The position numbers and the translations under genes were made by a program. Below the pieces are notes generated by a model, which saw nothing but the letters and a program-made list of their open reading frames with translations, ran no database searches and had not been told where the DNA came from. 25,540 bases of DNA. It comes from Oscillatoriales cyanobacterium. GTDB lineage: Bacteria; Cyanobacteriota; Cyanobacteriia; Cyanobacteriales; Microcoleaceae. Shown one piece after another: positions 24,761 through 25,540 of the stretch. The stretch covers positions 1-25,540 of the forward strand of contig RDYN01000124.1 in NCBI GenBank assembly GCA_004293365.1, read 5' to 3'. Numbering within the stretch: position 1 is the first letter of the stretch; each line of letters opens with the position of its first letter.

Positions 24761-25540
24761 ATGCTTAAGATGAAACTCAGAATCCTGGCTGCTGCAACGC
24801 TGCTGAGCGCGATCGCCCCTCTAGCCCCTGCACAGGCCGAGAACATTCAACACACGCAACAGTTGCTAGCCACCCGACAGTGCCCCAACTGCGACCTCAG
24901 CAGCGCTGGTCTGGTTTTAGCCAACTTAACAGGAGCCAATCTCAAAGGTGCTGACTTGAGATTGGCGAACCTCAGCCGAGCCAACCTCACCGGGGCCGAC
25001 CTCAGCGGAGCCAACCTCAGCGGCACCAGTTTGTTTGGCGTCAACCTGACGGGAGCAAACCTGACGGGAGCAAACCTCAGCGGTGCTGACTTGAGAAGCG
25101 CCTATCTCAGCAACGCCAATTTAACTGACGCCAATTTAACTAACGCCCAACTGCTGGGAGTCAGAGGAATGCCAACTAATATTGGCACAGCAGAAGACTT
25201 TTACCGGTTGGGAGTGCTGGAGGCTCAAGCGGGAAACTACAGAAACGCCATTGATTATTACAATCAAGCCCTGAATCTGAAATCGGATATAGCTGCGGTT
25301 TATTTTGCGCGCAGTATGTCTCGCGCTGACTTGGGAGACTTCGCCGGCGCCGCTCAAGATGCCGATCGAGCCAAGCAACTATTTGCCGCTCAAGGAAATC
25401 CCCAAGGTCAGGAATTGTCAAAGCAGTTAGCCGAAGCAATTGTAGCGCGCCAAAAGCCAACGGAACCCCGCACTGGGGGCGGTGGCGGCTTGATGGGTAT
25501 TCTGGAGTCGCTCACTTCTGTTTTGCTGAATTTTCTATAG
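24761..25540 (+). CDS. Secreted pentapeptide-repeat protein with a C-terminal TPR-like module
   Basis: The signal peptide is [26 protein letters not shown]. The pentapeptide repeats run [29 protein letters not shown]... They are followed by [30 protein letters not shown] (TPR-like). The stop codon is at the window end. Confidence 0.85.
   Translation: MLKMKLRILAAATLLSAIAPLAPAQAENIQHTQQLLATRQCPNCDLSSAGLVLANLTGANLKGADLRLANLSRANLTGADLSGANLSGTSLFGVNLTGANLTGANLSGADLRSAYLSNANLTDANLTNAQLLGVRGMPTNIGTAEDFYRLGVLEAQAGNYRNAIDYYNQALNLKSDIAAVYFARSMSRADLGDFAGAAQDADRAKQLFAAQGNPQGQELSKQLAEAIVARQKPTEPRTGGGGGLMGILESLTSVLLNFL

Noticed and set aside
23771-25044. Antisense ORFs with LAPxKSA-like periodicity (23771..23986, 24086..24322, 24847..25044).
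   Set aside because: They are artefacts of the pentapeptide-repeat coding periodicity read on the opposite strand.

Overview
Cyanobacterial chromosomal window. The evidence is dense HIP1 (GCGATCGC) sites, a kaiABC clock cluster, pentapeptide-repeat genes and STRR-like heptamer repeats. A filamentous Oscillatoriales-type origin is inference only.

Layout:
- 1-4400: a decayed mobile region. It holds an IS4/IS701-type transposase fragment, a phage/plasmid-like gene cleanly split by an IS630 element, and a XisA-like tyrosine recombinase with one in-frame stop.
- 4667-7866 (minus strand): kaiC-kaiB-kaiA, preceded by a perfect bidirectional terminator hairpin.
- 8184-14015: a 1080-aa hybrid histidine kinase with three degenerate receiver domains, divergent from kaiA, followed by a TPR protein and a GST-like protein.
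- 14182-15300: toxin-antitoxin debris. DUF433 is intact. The DUF5615 and RHH genes are broken by nonsense codons.
- 15303-19593: an AT-rich island with no HIP1 site found by eye. It carries a formyltransferase-fold enzyme, an EamA exporter and an SbnA/SbnB L-2,3-diaminopropionate synthesis pair, with no NRPS or siderophore synthetase in view. This is my best candidate for an undescribed small-molecule system.
- 19838-25540: an HtrA-type protease, a His-rich CsoR/InrS-like metalloregulator, an IS630 OrfA remnant, an 880-nt ORF-free stretch and two pentapeptide-repeat genes. The two pentapeptide genes are separated by a (GTTGACA)7 array.

Several small repeat families recur in the intergenic regions: an AGGACT hairpin and an ATCTAAA x3 23-mer. 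I saw no tRNA, rRNA or CRISPR array. All functional calls rest on motif recognition by eye and recalled family sequences. No searches were run.
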